In this document: piece by piece, positions 1 through 9,439 of the stretch
How the letters are laid out: the number at the start of each line of letters is the position of its first letter
How positions within the stretch are numbered: position 1 is the stretch's first letter
Assembly: GCA_027306505.1 (NCBI GenBank)
Contig: DAHUZP010000050.1
Location: 9,363 to 73,362 of the forward strand
Direction: 5' to 3'
Source of the DNA: Thermoplasmata archaeon
GTDB lineage: Archaea; Thermoplasmatota; Thermoplasmata; Lutacidiplasmatales; UBA184
Length of the DNA: 64,000 nucleotides
Program-made: the position numbers and the translations under genes
Notes under the pieces: model-generated
Seen by the model: only the letters and a program-made list of their open reading frames with translations
What the model was told of the DNA's origin: nothing
Database searches by the model: none

Positions 1-1047
1 CTGGATGCGGTGGACGTGATCTCTACCGCCTCGAACACCCAGATCGCCACGATCCCGGTCGGTGCGGGGCCCATGGGTATCACGGAGAACGCCTCGGGCA
101 CGATGATCTACGTGTCGAACTTCAACTCGGGCTCGGTCTCCGAGATCTCGCTCACCGCGCCCACGACGCCCGTCGAGTCGGTGACCTCGGTCTCGGTCTC
201 CCCCGGCACGGCCACGATGGGCCTGCTGGGGAGCTCGACCTTCAGTGCGACCCCGGTGTGCAGTCCCTCGGCCTGCCCGACGAGCGTCGCCTACAGCTGG
301 AGCACCGTCAATGGGCTCGGCACCCTGAGCTCCTCCACGGGCAACCCCGTGACCTACACCGCAGGCAACGCCGCGGGGAGCGACACCCTCACGGTGAGCG
401 CCTCGCTGCCCGGCGGGAGCGCGACCGGTAGCGCGAGCATCACGATCAGCGCGAGCACCGTACCCCCGCTCGCCTCGGTCTCGATCAGCCCCTCGGGGCC
501 CAACGTGGCCACGGGAGGGACCGTCTCCTTGACCGCTACGGCAAGCTGCACCGGCGGGGCGTGCCCGGCCGGGACCACGTACAGCTGGACGGTGAGCAAC
601 ACCGTGGGATCCCTCTCTCCGTCGACGGGAGCCACGGTCACCTTCACCGCGGGCACCTCGACGGGCTCCGACCTCGTGACCGTGAGCGCCTCGCTCAACG
701 GCAAGACGGTGAGCGGCTCCACGACCGTGACGGTCTCCACCAACGGCGGGGGCCCAGGGGGGAGCGGTTCGGGAAACGGCAACGGCGGCTTCCCGCTCCT
801 CTACCTGGTCCTCGCCCTGGTAGCGGCGGCCGCCGTCGTAGGCGTGGTCCTCTTCCTGAAGTTCCGGGGAAGGATCCCCAAGGGCTCGACCTCCGCACCG
901 TCATCGGCCGCGGCACCCGCCCCGGCGGCACCCCCCCCTGCGGCGCCGGAGGCCCCCTCCCCGCCGCCTCCGAGCTCCTGGGAGGCCCCGCCGCCCGCGT
1001 CCCCCTCGCTCCCTCCGCCACCCCCACCCAGCCCCCCGATGGGCTAG
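1..1047 (+). CDS. Cell-surface protein, 5'-truncated by the window edge: YVTN-type beta-propeller blade, two Ig-like (Big_2-like) repeats, C-terminal TM helix and Pro-rich tail
   Basis: Frame 1 is open from nt 1. It carries the blade-like motif GTMIYVSNFNSGSVSEISL. Two ~93-aa repeats (nt ~175-738) each carry a Cys pair (C..S.CP / C.GG.CP) followed by YSW. A hydrophobic segment FPLLYLVLALVAAAAVVGVVLFL is followed by a P/A/S-rich tail. The repeats resemble those in the 29593-32670 protein. Confidence 0.75.
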   Translation: MDAVDVISTASNTQIATIPVGAGPMGITENASGTMIYVSNFNSGSVSEISLTAPTTPVESVTSVSVSPGTATMGLLGSSTFSATPVCSPSACPTSVAYSWSTVNGLGTLSSSTGNPVTYTAGNAAGSDTLTVSASLPGGSATGSASITISASTVPPLASVSISPSGPNVATGGTVSLTATASCTGGACPAGTTYSWTVSNTVGSLSPSTGATVTFTAGTSTGSDLVTVSASLNGKTVSGSTTVTVSTNGGGPGGSGSGNGNGGFPLLYLVLALVAAAAVVGVVLFLKFRGRIPKGSTSAPSSAAAPAPAAPPPAAPEAPSPPPPSSWEAPPPASPSLPPPPPPSPPMG

Positions 1048-1088
1048 GACCTAGGAACGCGGATGGGGGGGGGAGCCCCCTCAGGACC

Positions 1089-3329
1089 CTACGAGGAAGG
1101 AGCCTCAGGTAGCGCGATCGAGCGCGTCGAGCCGGCGGGCACGACGACCGTCTCGTCCGCGGAGCGAGCGCCGACCCGGACCTCGGGCCCTTCGCGGACC
1201 TGAACTTCGACCTTCCCAGGGGTCCACTGAAGGTCCAGGCGGCTCGCCCCCAGACGAAGCTGGTCCATTCCCGCCTGCTTCCAGCCCTGGGGCATCTGAG
1301 GGTCGAGGACCAGCGTGCCCGGGACGGGGACCGAGAGCCCCCAGAGGCCTTCGAAGAGCGCGGTCAGGAAAGGACCGACGCTGAGGCCGAGCAGGAAGCA
1401 ACTGTCGAACGGCTCGGGGCGCGAGCCGTGGTAGCACTCGTTCGCGAGACCGCGCTCGGACTCGAGGAGCCTGGAGACGGTCCTTAGGTAGGAGAGACCG
1501 ACCTCGGGAAGACCGGCCCGGAACGCCGCCTGGGCCGCCCAGTCGGTGGCGATGGTCCAGACCTGCCCGTCGTGGTAGGCCTCGGGATCGAAACCGGGGT
1601 CCGTCTCGGAGAGGGTCCGGACCCCCCAGGGGGTCGTGAGGTCGGGACGGGCCGCGCGCTGGACGATCGCTCGCGCCTTCGCCCTCGGGAACCAGCCGTC
1701 GCTCACCGAGATCAGGGCGTTCGGCCTCAGACGAGGGACCGGGCGGCCCTCCTCGTCCAACGTGTCGACGAGGTAGGACTGTTGGGGCCAATCGTAGCGC
1801 TCGACGACCTTCTGCTGGACCTCGAGCGCCCGTCGCGCTCCGTCGTTGGAGCCCGACTGACCGAACACCGCGGCCAGCGCGGCGGAGCCCTCTAGTGCCC
1901 GCGCGTGGAGCACCTGAAGGTCGATTGCGTGGGAGCGACGGTCCGTCGAGTCCCATATCGTCGTGTCCTTCGCGTCGAAACCGTACTGGACCTTGCCACC
2001 CTGGGTGGCCTGGGCCATCTCGGCGATCTCCCCTCCGTTCGTGAAGAGACCGGTGCGGGGGCTCAGTTTGCGGTCGGCCCACTCCACGCAGGCACCCACC
2101 TGCGGGAGGAGAGGGCGGAGGAAGGAGCCGCGCTCCGCTCCGGCGTGCCGAACGAAGCGGTGGGCGAGCGCAGGGAAGTGCAACGTCGTGTCGGAGGTCC
2201 CGTAGAGGAAGATGGGACCGGGGCTCACCTGCATGGGGATCTCGCCGATCTCGGCGGCGATGACGGGAAGGTGGGCCCGGCTCTGGAATCGGAAGGCGGT
2301 CCCCAGCGTCGCGCGGGCCCAATCGAAGTCCCCTAGCCAAAGGGCGGCCGGAAGCATCCACGCGATATCGCGGAACCACAGCGCGCAGTACCAAGGGTAT
2401 CCTGCGACGAGTCCCACCATCCCGGGCTCGGGGGCCTGCATGAGCCCTTCCAGGGCCCCCGTCGCTAGAACGGCGGCACGCTCGAGCTCGGGCGCCTGGG
2501 GGAAGCTCAGCCTCGGCCTCTCCGCCCACCAATCGGCCTGGCTCTGGCGCCGGTCCATCGCCCAGCTTTCGCGACCTCCCATGATCCTCTGGCCGTGGTC
2601 CGGCTCCCGGCGCACCAGACGTTCGGCTCCTCCCCAGAGGACCCAGGAGAGGTCGAGGCGTTCCGCAGGGTCCAGCGTGAGGTCCCAGGCGAGCTCGACG
2701 TGGCCGGGGGGGACCGCCTTCGGTTCCGCGGGCAGCGATGACCCGCCGAACTGGGCGGAGGTCGGGCTTTCGGAGGAGACCAGCTCGAACGCTGAGCCCT
2801 CCGCCGAGACCGCGAAGCCCGTCGGGGTCGACCGCAGCGAGTAGGAGTGGGGCTTGAGCCCCTCCATCAGGACGGGAAGGAGGAACGGCTCCACCGACAT
2901 GCCGACCCGAACCTTGAGCCCCCGCTCCGCGAGAGCGGTGATGCTGAGCCTGCGGGTGACCGCGGGGTCATCGTGCGGGACGACGACTTCGTGGCGGGCC
3001 GACCAACCCGGACCCGTGTGAAGCGATACGAGACCGGTGCGTCGGACCGTGAGCTTGCGAAGGCTCTGCTCCAGGGAGAGAAGGGTCTTGCCGCGCTCCC
3101 CGAGCTGGAGCGTCCACGGGCCGGTCAGGCGGATCCCCTGGGCGTAGACCCCTCCCCATTCCATCCGGGCGCCTCGGGCCTCCCACTCCAGAGCGAGGTC
3201 GGAGCCTCCGGAGAGGATGGCGGCCGCACGGTGGCCCGTCAGCAGGACGGGCGTGGTGGGACCCGCTCGGTCCTCCTCCAAGAGCGGGAGGTCCCAGTCA
3301 GGGTCCGCGTCGCTCGAGGGACCGCTCAC
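1089..3329 (-). CDS. Amylo-alpha-1,6-glucosidase / glycogen debranching enzyme family protein (GDE_C-like)
   Basis: Motifs GYPWYCALWFRDIAWMLPAALWLGD and YHDGQVWTIATDWAAQAAF are typical of the archaeal/bacterial GDE C-terminal (alpha/alpha)6 barrel. The track ORF runs to 3440. A GTG at 3329 forms a GTGA overlap with the stop of the upstream ORF, so I take it as the more likely start. Confidence 0.8.
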   Translation of the reverse strand: MSGPSSDADPDWDLPLLEEDRAGPTTPVLLTGHRAAAILSGGSDLALEWEARGARMEWGGVYAQGIRLTGPWTLQLGERGKTLLSLEQSLRKLTVRRTGLVSLHTGPGWSARHEVVVPHDDPAVTRRLSITALAERGLKVRVGMSVEPFLLPVLMEGLKPHSYSLRSTPTGFAVSAEGSAFELVSSESPTSAQFGGSSLPAEPKAVPPGHVELAWDLTLDPAERLDLSWVLWGGAERLVRREPDHGQRIMGGRESWAMDRRQSQADWWAERPRLSFPQAPELERAAVLATGALEGLMQAPEPGMVGLVAGYPWYCALWFRDIAWMLPAALWLGDFDWARATLGTAFRFQSRAHLPVIAAEIGEIPMQVSPGPIFLYGTSDTTLHFPALAHRFVRHAGAERGSFLRPLLPQVGACVEWADRKLSPRTGLFTNGGEIAEMAQATQGGKVQYGFDAKDTTIWDSTDRRSHAIDLQVLHARALEGSAALAAVFGQSGSNDGARRALEVQQKVVERYDWPQQSYLVDTLDEEGRPVPRLRPNALISVSDGWFPRAKARAIVQRAARPDLTTPWGVRTLSETDPGFDPEAYHDGQVWTIATDWAAQAAFRAGLPEVGLSYLRTVSRLLESERGLANECYHGSRPEPFDSCFLLGLSVGPFLTALFEGLWGLSVPVPGTLVLDPQMPQGWKQAGMDQLRLGASRLDLQWTPGKVEVQVREGPEVRVGARSADETVVVPAGSTRSIALPEAPSS

Positions 3330-3826
3330 AGCCCCCTCCGGAGCTCGTCCGTGATGCGCATCCAGACCCTGGGGGGGATGGCGACGCTCTGCAACGAGAG
3401 CTGAAGGGTGTGTCGGCTCCCAGGGGCCAGGTCGGGGCATCGGGATTGGAAGAGCGTCGGGCGTCCCGGGCGGAAGTGGAGGGGCGAAGTGCGGCTCAGC
3501 TCCGATAGCGCACGGCGAGCCGGGGCTCCTTCCTCCTGCACGTAGCTCGTCTCCACGGGAAGGGGTCGGCCATCCAGGCTCAGCTGTGCGGAGGAGAACG
3601 CGCCCATCCTCATCGGTGGGTTCAACAGACGGAACTGGAAGCCGTCCGAGGTCGTCCGGAAGCTCCCCTCCTCGTAGATCGCCCGCTCCAGGAACTCCGC
3701 GACGCGCACCATCTCCCCCAGGCCATGCGGTCCGACCTCCCGCAGGAGCGAGAGGCCCTGGCGGAAGAGCGAGAGGTCACGGGCGAAGGTCCGCGTAAGA
3801 TGCATGGGAGGCCATACACGGGCCAA
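3326..3826 (-). CDS. Hypothetical protein, translationally coupled to the debranching enzyme
   Basis: 166-aa ORF with balanced, non-shadow composition (e.g. VAEFLERAIYEEGSFRTTSDGFQFRLLNPPMRMGAF). Its stop overlaps the GTG of the downstream gene (GTGA at 3326-3329). No domain recognised. An alternative ATG lies at 3805. Confidence 0.45.
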   Translation of the reverse strand: MARVWPPMHLTRTFARDLSLFRQGLSLLREVGPHGLGEMVRVAEFLERAIYEEGSFRTTSDGFQFRLLNPPMRMGAFSSAQLSLDGRPLPVETSYVQEEGAPARRALSELSRTSPLHFRPGRPTLFQSRCPDLAPGSRHTLQLSLQSVAIPPRVWMRITDELRRGL

Positions 3827-3949
3827 GGAGCTAAGCCTTCCGGCCGAACCCGGGGAGGCGCTTCCTCCCCTTAGCCCACCCCGCGGTCCGATCCTCCTTC
3901 GGCCGGGAGCGGGGCGTCAGGGCTTTGATGCCCCACGGCCTGCGCCGGC

Positions 3950-5857
3950 GTGCCCGACCGGTCCCCGCTCCCCTCGACCTCCGCGACCTCTTCGGACCCG
4001 TGGTTCTTGCCCACCCCTTCGGACCTCCATGACTACGGGGCGATCGGGAACCTCCACACGGCGGCACTGGTCTCCCGATGGGGGTCCATCGACTGGGCCT
4101 GCCTACCCCGCTTCGCCTCCCCAAGCGTCTTCGCGAGGATCCTCGATAGCGAGAAGGGAGGATTCCATCTGGTTCGCCCCCTGGGCCGGGCGAACCCCCA
4201 CCAGGAGTACGTTCCGGGAACAAACGTGCTTCGAACGGTCTTCGAGCTCGAGGGGTCACCCACCGCCCGCCGCCTCGAGGTCTCCGACCTGATGCCGGTC
4301 CGCCTTGGAGCAAGGGGGGAAGGGCTCCCGGCCATCCTTCGCCGCGTGGAGGCCCATGGGGGCCCTGTCGAGTGCGTGAGCGTCCTTCGGGCCGCCTTCG
4401 ATTACGCCCGCGCCTCGGCTCATGTCGAACGGGTGGGTCGGGCCATCCATCTGAGGGGGGGCGATCAGGAGATCTGCTACCGGGTCAACCCTGCCAACCA
4501 GCCCTTCCCGCTCGAGATCGGCGAGGAGGGCACGGTCACGGGAACGTTCACGGCCAAGCCGGGCACTCCGATCTACCTCGAGATCCTCACGGGGGGAGCA
4601 AAGGAGCTCGGGGGGCCCCCGGGCGCGGTCTACCAAGAGACGATCGCCTTCTGGCGGGACTGGGTCGGACGCATCCCCTTGCCGCTCGACCCCCATCACC
4701 GGCGATGGCACGCCTGGATCGAACGGTCCCTCCTCGCCCTGAAGCTCCTCAGCCACTGCGACACGGGCGCCTTCATCGCGGCCCCCACGACCTCCTTGCC
4801 GGAGTGGCCGGGGGAGGGTCGCAACTGGGACTACCGGTACGCCTGGATCCGCGACGCGGCCTTCGCGGCAGAGGCCTTCCTCAGTCACGGCCACCCGGAG
4901 GAGGCCATCGCGTTCCTCAACTGGGTCGTCGCGAGGGTGCGCCAGGCCCGCAGCGGCGTGCTCCGCGTCGTCTACGGGGTCCACGGGGAGACCGATCTCA
5001 CGGAGAGGGAGCTCCCGCACCTCTCCGGGTTCCTGGGGTCCCGTCCGGTCCGGATCGGGAACGGCGCGGCCGGGCAGTTCCAGCTCGACATCTACGGGGA
5101 GCTGCTGGACGCGGCCGCCCTGCTCGCCGAGATGGACCCGCAGGCCGTCGCGCCGCTCTGGCCGGACCTCAGCGCCCTCGCCGATGAGGTCATGCGGCTA
5201 TGGAAGGAGCCCGACAGCGGGATCTGGGAGGTGCGGGGCCCCCCGGCCCACTACGTCCACTCGAAGCTCATGGCGTGGGTCGCCCTCGATCGTTCGGCGA
5301 AGCTCGCCTGGCGGTTCTCCGGGGAGAAGACCGGGGACCGCTGGTCGAGCGAAGCGGAGCGGATCCGTGAGGAGATCATTCGTCGTGGCGTCGACCCCAG
5401 GACCGGAGCCTTCGTGCAGGCCTACGGCCGTCACGTCCCGGACGCGGCCAACCTTCGGATCCCGATCGCAGGGCTCCTCCCCTACTCGGACCCACGCGTC
5501 CAGGCCACGGTGGAACAGGTGATGCGAGAGCTTTCCGAGGGGCCGTTCGTCTATAGGTACAAGGCGGACGATGGGCTCGCAGGGCCAGAAGGCAGCTTCC
5601 TGCCTTGCTCGTTCTGGCTCCTCGAGTGCCTGGCCCGAGGCGGACGGTCCGAGCAGGCGTTGGCCTTCTGGGAGCAGCTCTTACGGACGTCGGGCCCCTT
5701 GATGCTCTTCTCCGAGGAGTACCACCCTCAGGGGGGACGGGCCCTTGGCAACTACCCTCAAGCATTCACCCACATCGAGGTGCTTCGTGCCTCCAGGGCC
5801 CTCGCAGAGATGGGCGTCCCCCACGACGACCCGGCCCCGCTTCACAAGGAAAGCTGA
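3950..5857 (+). CDS. Glycoside hydrolase family 15 (glucoamylase / glucodextranase / trehalase-like)
   Basis: N-terminal DYGAIGNLHTAALVSRWGSIDWACLPRFASPSVFARILD and catalytic-domain NWDYRYAWIRDAAFAAEAFL are hallmark GH15 blocks. GTG start at 3950. Confidence 0.85.
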   Translation: MPDRSPLPSTSATSSDPWFLPTPSDLHDYGAIGNLHTAALVSRWGSIDWACLPRFASPSVFARILDSEKGGFHLVRPLGRANPHQEYVPGTNVLRTVFELEGSPTARRLEVSDLMPVRLGARGEGLPAILRRVEAHGGPVECVSVLRAAFDYARASAHVERVGRAIHLRGGDQEICYRVNPANQPFPLEIGEEGTVTGTFTAKPGTPIYLEILTGGAKELGGPPGAVYQETIAFWRDWVGRIPLPLDPHHRRWHAWIERSLLALKLLSHCDTGAFIAAPTTSLPEWPGEGRNWDYRYAWIRDAAFAAEAFLSHGHPEEAIAFLNWVVARVRQARSGVLRVVYGVHGETDLTERELPHLSGFLGSRPVRIGNGAAGQFQLDIYGELLDAAALLAEMDPQAVAPLWPDLSALADEVMRLWKEPDSGIWEVRGPPAHYVHSKLMAWVALDRSAKLAWRFSGEKTGDRWSSEAERIREEIIRRGVDPRTGAFVQAYGRHVPDAANLRIPIAGLLPYSDPRVQATVEQVMRELSEGPFVYRYKADDGLAGPEGSFLPCSFWLLECLARGGRSEQALAFWEQLLRTSGPLMLFSEEYHPQGGRALGNYPQAFTHIEVLRASRALAEMGVPHDDPAPLHKES

Positions 5858-5889
5858 GCGGGGGGATGGGGGGGCCCTTTCGAGGTCCC

Positions 5890-6819
5890 CTATTGGTTCC
5901 CGAACCGTCGGTTGAGCGCTTCCATGAAGCGCACGGGGAGCACCGAGCGCAGCGGGCCGTTCACGGCGACCACCCCGAGGAGGGTGAGGAACATGACAGG
6001 GATGGCCTTCCCGATCGGCATGCGCGTCCGGAAGTCGTGGACGTACGCCACCGGGACCTCGCGGATCGAGACCCCCTTCCTGCGCAAGTGGTAGAGCATC
6101 GCAACCTCGAAGGTCCGGTTCGTGACCACGACCTCTCGCAGCACGTCCTGGACCATCTCCTTGGAGAAGAGCTTGAGACCGCACTGGGCGTCGCGGACCT
6201 GCAGGTGCATGAGCGCGCGGACCAGCACGTGCCAGAGGAAGCTCGCCATCCGCTTGAGCGAGGGCTCCGGGACCAGCACCACTCTCGGGTGCAGCCTGCG
6301 CGAGGCGATCACGACCTTCTCGCCGTCCAGGGTCCACTGGAGCAGGCGGACCAGGTCCTTCGCGCCCACGCTCCCATCGGCGTCCGCATACCCCACCACG
6401 TGGTTCCGCGCCTTGCGGAAGCCCTCGAAGATGGCGCCGCCGCGTCCCAGCTTGTGGTCGTAGCGATAGCCCACCACGTGGCGTTCCCGGTAACGCTCGA
6501 CGACCGCGGGGGTCGCGTCGGTCCCGTCCATGATGACAATGACCTCGAACTCCTCGTGGAGCGCCTCGAGCGCGGGCAGGTAGGCGTCGAGCGTCGGGCC
6601 GAGCCGGTCCGCCTCGTTGTAGGCAGGGATCACCAGCGAGATCCCACCACCGCGGACGGAGGCGGGAACGCTCGTCCCCTCAAGGGCGAAGCAACCGATG
6701 GCATCAGGAGGGGAAGGGGCGACTCCCTTGGTCAGCACCGCCCCGTTATTCCCCGGGCACGTACATAACCGCTCGGGCGCACGCGCAAGGGACATGCGAG
6801 GAGGGGCGAGCCTCCTCAC
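5890..6819 (-). CDS. Glycosyltransferase family 2, dolichyl-phosphate hexose synthase-like
   Basis: ISLVIPAYNEADRL, EVIVIMDGTDAT and the DxD-like YADADGS motif, plus a C-terminal hydrophobic segment (IPVMFLTLLGVVAV). The GTG start at 6819 overlaps the stop of the upstream membrane-protein gene (GTGA). An alternative ATG lies at 6795. Confidence 0.8.
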   Translation of the reverse strand: MRRLAPPRMSLARAPERLCTCPGNNGAVLTKGVAPSPPDAIGCFALEGTSVPASVRGGGISLVIPAYNEADRLGPTLDAYLPALEALHEEFEVIVIMDGTDATPAVVERYRERHVVGYRYDHKLGRGGAIFEGFRKARNHVVGYADADGSVGAKDLVRLLQWTLDGEKVVIASRRLHPRVVLVPEPSLKRMASFLWHVLVRALMHLQVRDAQCGLKLFSKEMVQDVLREVVVTNRTFEVAMLYHLRRKGVSIREVPVAYVHDFRTRMPIGKAIPVMFLTLLGVVAVNGPLRSVLPVRFMEALNRRFGNQ

Positions 6820-8924
6820 GTCTCGAAGATGAAGGCGTCATCCCCCGCCGCATGAGGGGAGGGGCCCGGATAGACCTCGTGGAACTGGGCAGGGTCGGAC
6901 AGGAGCGGTCCGGGCCGGAATGCGGGGAAGAGGGCGGTCGTGTTGCCCGAGATGAAGAGGTAGCGGATGCCTAGGACCGAAAGATCGCTCGAGAGCCCCG
7001 AGACCGAGCCGTCGGTCAGGTCCTGGACGAGCGCGACGTAGGTCCGGTTCGATGCTGGTCCTTCGAAGGGCAGGCTGAGGTTGTTCGAGCCCCCCCCCCG
7101 GATCTCGAAGCCCACCTCCCCACCGATGCCGACCATGGGGAAGATGAGCGGGTCCCGAACGAAGGCCGGAGCGAACTCCCCTGCCCCTCCTGGGGCCACC
7201 AGGATTGCTCCGGCCGGCAGCGCTCGGAGCGCGTCCAGGGCCTGGAGGTCGTCCTCGGTCACGTTGCCCAGGGCGTGCACGGAGGACGAGAGGCTCTGAG
7301 GGGCGTCCGCGACGCTCACGGCGATGCCGGGCACCAGAAGGAGCCCCGTAAGCACGACCACCAGCGAAGGGTGGAGGAGGACGCGCGCCATGGGGATGGG
7401 AGGGGGGCCGCCATGCTCGGGAGCCCGGGTTCGAGCTCGCGGAGGGGAGGGGGTCAGCAGGGTGAGCCCTCGTTCCAGCAGGAGGGCGAGAGGGAACGCG
7501 CACACGAAGGACTCGAGCACGACCAGGAAGATCGCGAGCTCCGAGGCGTTCGAGAACAGGTAGAGAGGGGTCGACCGTCCCTGGACCCACATGTCCAGAA
7601 GCTCCAACACGCACAGAGCCCCCGGGACCGCTAGGACCAAGGTCCAGCTCCGCGCCTTCGAGGCGAGCGGGGAGGCACCACGGGGCACCAACAGGAGGAG
7701 GGCTGCGCCCGCCAGGAGAAGAAGCAGGAGCTCCCCTCGCAGGAGCGGAAAGGGCGAGACCCCCACGTCGTTCACGCCCAGAAGGAAGGGATCGATCAGC
7801 CCGACCATCTGAAGGAAGGAGAGAGGGGGCCCTCCTGCGGCCGCGGCTCCACCCAGCGGCGGCAAGCTCCTCAGGGCGACGAAGGAGGGCACCAAAGGTA
7901 GCAGGACGAGCAAGGTCGCCGACACGGGACCGAGCAGCAGGCCCGACCAGGACCAGGCGCTCCTCACCGACCAGGAACGTGGCCGGCCCAGCCAGGCCAC
8001 CACGAAGAGCTCGGGCAGGAGCACCTCCCCCACCACGGGGGAGAAGATCGACACGGTCGCGCCGAGCACGCCCAAGGCGAGCCAGGAGCGGAGCGGGAAC
8101 TCCGCCTTCGAGGAGGCCTGTTGCCCCAGCATGCCCACGAGGAGGAGCGCAACCGGCAGGGAAGCGACGAAGTCGTTCGCCCCGTTCACCAGGAAGCGGG
8201 GCCAGGAGGCGAGGAGCGTGAACATGAGAGCGCTCGCCATCCCGGCGGACCTCCCGTTCCACATCCTGCGCTCAAGCCCGGCCGCCGCGAACGGGACCAG
8301 GGCTGTGAAGATGGGCAGGAGCTCGAAGGGTGCCCCCCAGGGTGGGAGGCCCGCAGCGAGCACGGCCGAAGCGGTCCACGTGGTGTACCCCTGCGGAGGC
8401 AGGACGGGATAGCCCACGATCGGAAGGAGGGTCGTCGTCAGGTGACCTTGGTAGAGCAGTTGGGAAGCGTAGAGGACGTAGTTCGCCTCGTCCAGGGAGT
8501 TCCCGGTGGGGCTCGCGAGCGCGACCGAGCCCCCCAGGAAGAGCAGGAACAGCGAGCAGACCACGACCACCGAGAGCACCGGGGCGTCGCGGCGTAGGCC
8601 CGCCCGCACGTCCTCCAGGGCGAGCCCCCCCCACCCGTGCGTCGTCCGGGAACGGCGCACCTCCTCGAACAGCACCAGGAACGCGGCCAAGGCCGCCCCG
8701 GTCGCGAGGAGAGGGGCACCGAACCAGGGAAGGGGCACCCACGCTACAAGGAAGAGCAACAGAGACCCCAGTCCCAGGTCCGCGGTCACCCGCTCCAGCA
8801 GCGGAAGATCTCCGAAGACGGGGAGGAGGCGGGCGAGGAGCCGGCGCGCGGCCTCCCCCAGCAGCCCGAAGAGCCCGCCCAGCAGGAGCAGCCGCGCGAT
8901 CAGGTCCCCGAGACCGAGCGTCAC
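6816..8924 (-). CDS. Large polytopic membrane protein, possibly GT-C-type glycosyltransferase, with C-terminal extracytoplasmic domain
   Basis: More than 10 hydrophobic segments, an acidic loop motif (NSLDEANYVLY), and a soluble C-terminal ~170 aa. It is coupled to the GT2 gene. No WWDYG (AglB) motif was seen. Confidence 0.6.
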   Translation of the reverse strand: MTLGLGDLIARLLLLGGLFGLLGEAARRLLARLLPVFGDLPLLERVTADLGLGSLLLFLVAWVPLPWFGAPLLATGAALAAFLVLFEEVRRSRTTHGWGGLALEDVRAGLRRDAPVLSVVVVCSLFLLFLGGSVALASPTGNSLDEANYVLYASQLLYQGHLTTTLLPIVGYPVLPPQGYTTWTASAVLAAGLPPWGAPFELLPIFTALVPFAAAGLERRMWNGRSAGMASALMFTLLASWPRFLVNGANDFVASLPVALLLVGMLGQQASSKAEFPLRSWLALGVLGATVSIFSPVVGEVLLPELFVVAWLGRPRSWSVRSAWSWSGLLLGPVSATLLVLLPLVPSFVALRSLPPLGGAAAAGGPPLSFLQMVGLIDPFLLGVNDVGVSPFPLLRGELLLLLLAGAALLLLVPRGASPLASKARSWTLVLAVPGALCVLELLDMWVQGRSTPLYLFSNASELAIFLVVLESFVCAFPLALLLERGLTLLTPSPPRARTRAPEHGGPPPIPMARVLLHPSLVVVLTGLLLVPGIAVSVADAPQSLSSSVHALGNVTEDDLQALDALRALPAGAILVAPGGAGEFAPAFVRDPLIFPMVGIGGEVGFEIRGGGSNNLSLPFEGPASNRTYVALVQDLTDGSVSGLSSDLSVLGIRYLFISGNTTALFPAFRPGPLLSDPAQFHEVYPGPSPHAAGDDAFIFET

Positions 8925-8993
8925 GGGTCCACGCCTTGCAACCGGCCCACCCGAGGCTCAGTTCCCTCGCTGGCCCCGTAGTTCGGTCGGTGC

Positions 8994-9359
8994 TCAACTC
9001 GGAGGCGGAGAGTCGCTGGACAGCCCCGTGGACCCGTCGTCCCCCGGCGGCGCCTGATAGGTGGGCGGCATGGCGGCCCCGGCCATCGGAGGGGCCATGT
9101 TATCCTCGGGGGGAGGGCTCCGGGAGCGGCGACCGCGCATCATCACCATTAGGCCCACGATCACGGCCACAACGGCGACCACCGCCAGCCCGATGTAGAG
9201 CGGGGTGTAGTCCGTCGTCGTCGCGCCCTGGTTCGAGTACTGCAACGGACCCGGGGCCGCGGTCGCGGCTCCGAGCACGAACGTGGCGAGGGCCACGATC
9301 CCCAGCAATCCTAGAGCGAGGAACCTGAAGCGCAACCGCCCGAGGTCCCGTGCCGACAT
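8994..9359 (-). CDS. Small two-TM membrane protein with Pro-rich tail
   Basis: An ATG at 9359 gives MSARDLGRLRFRFLALGLLGIVALATFVLG..., a second TM (LYIGLAVVAVVAVIVGLMVMM), then a P-rich tail containing PPTY. The longer track ORF (to 9668) overlaps the sulfatase gene and was trimmed. Confidence 0.5.
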   Translation of the reverse strand: MSARDLGRLRFRFLALGLLGIVALATFVLGAATAAPGPLQYSNQGATTTDYTPLYIGLAVVAVVAVIVGLMVMMRGRRSRSPPPEDNMAPPMAGAAMPPTYQAPPGDDGSTGLSSDSPPPS

Positions 9360-9439
9360 TGGTCGGCTTTCTATCCCTGCGTGCGTATATATTCTTAACC
9401 GCCGCAGGCGGGACCTTCGCTCCCTACGGGTCAGGGGCC

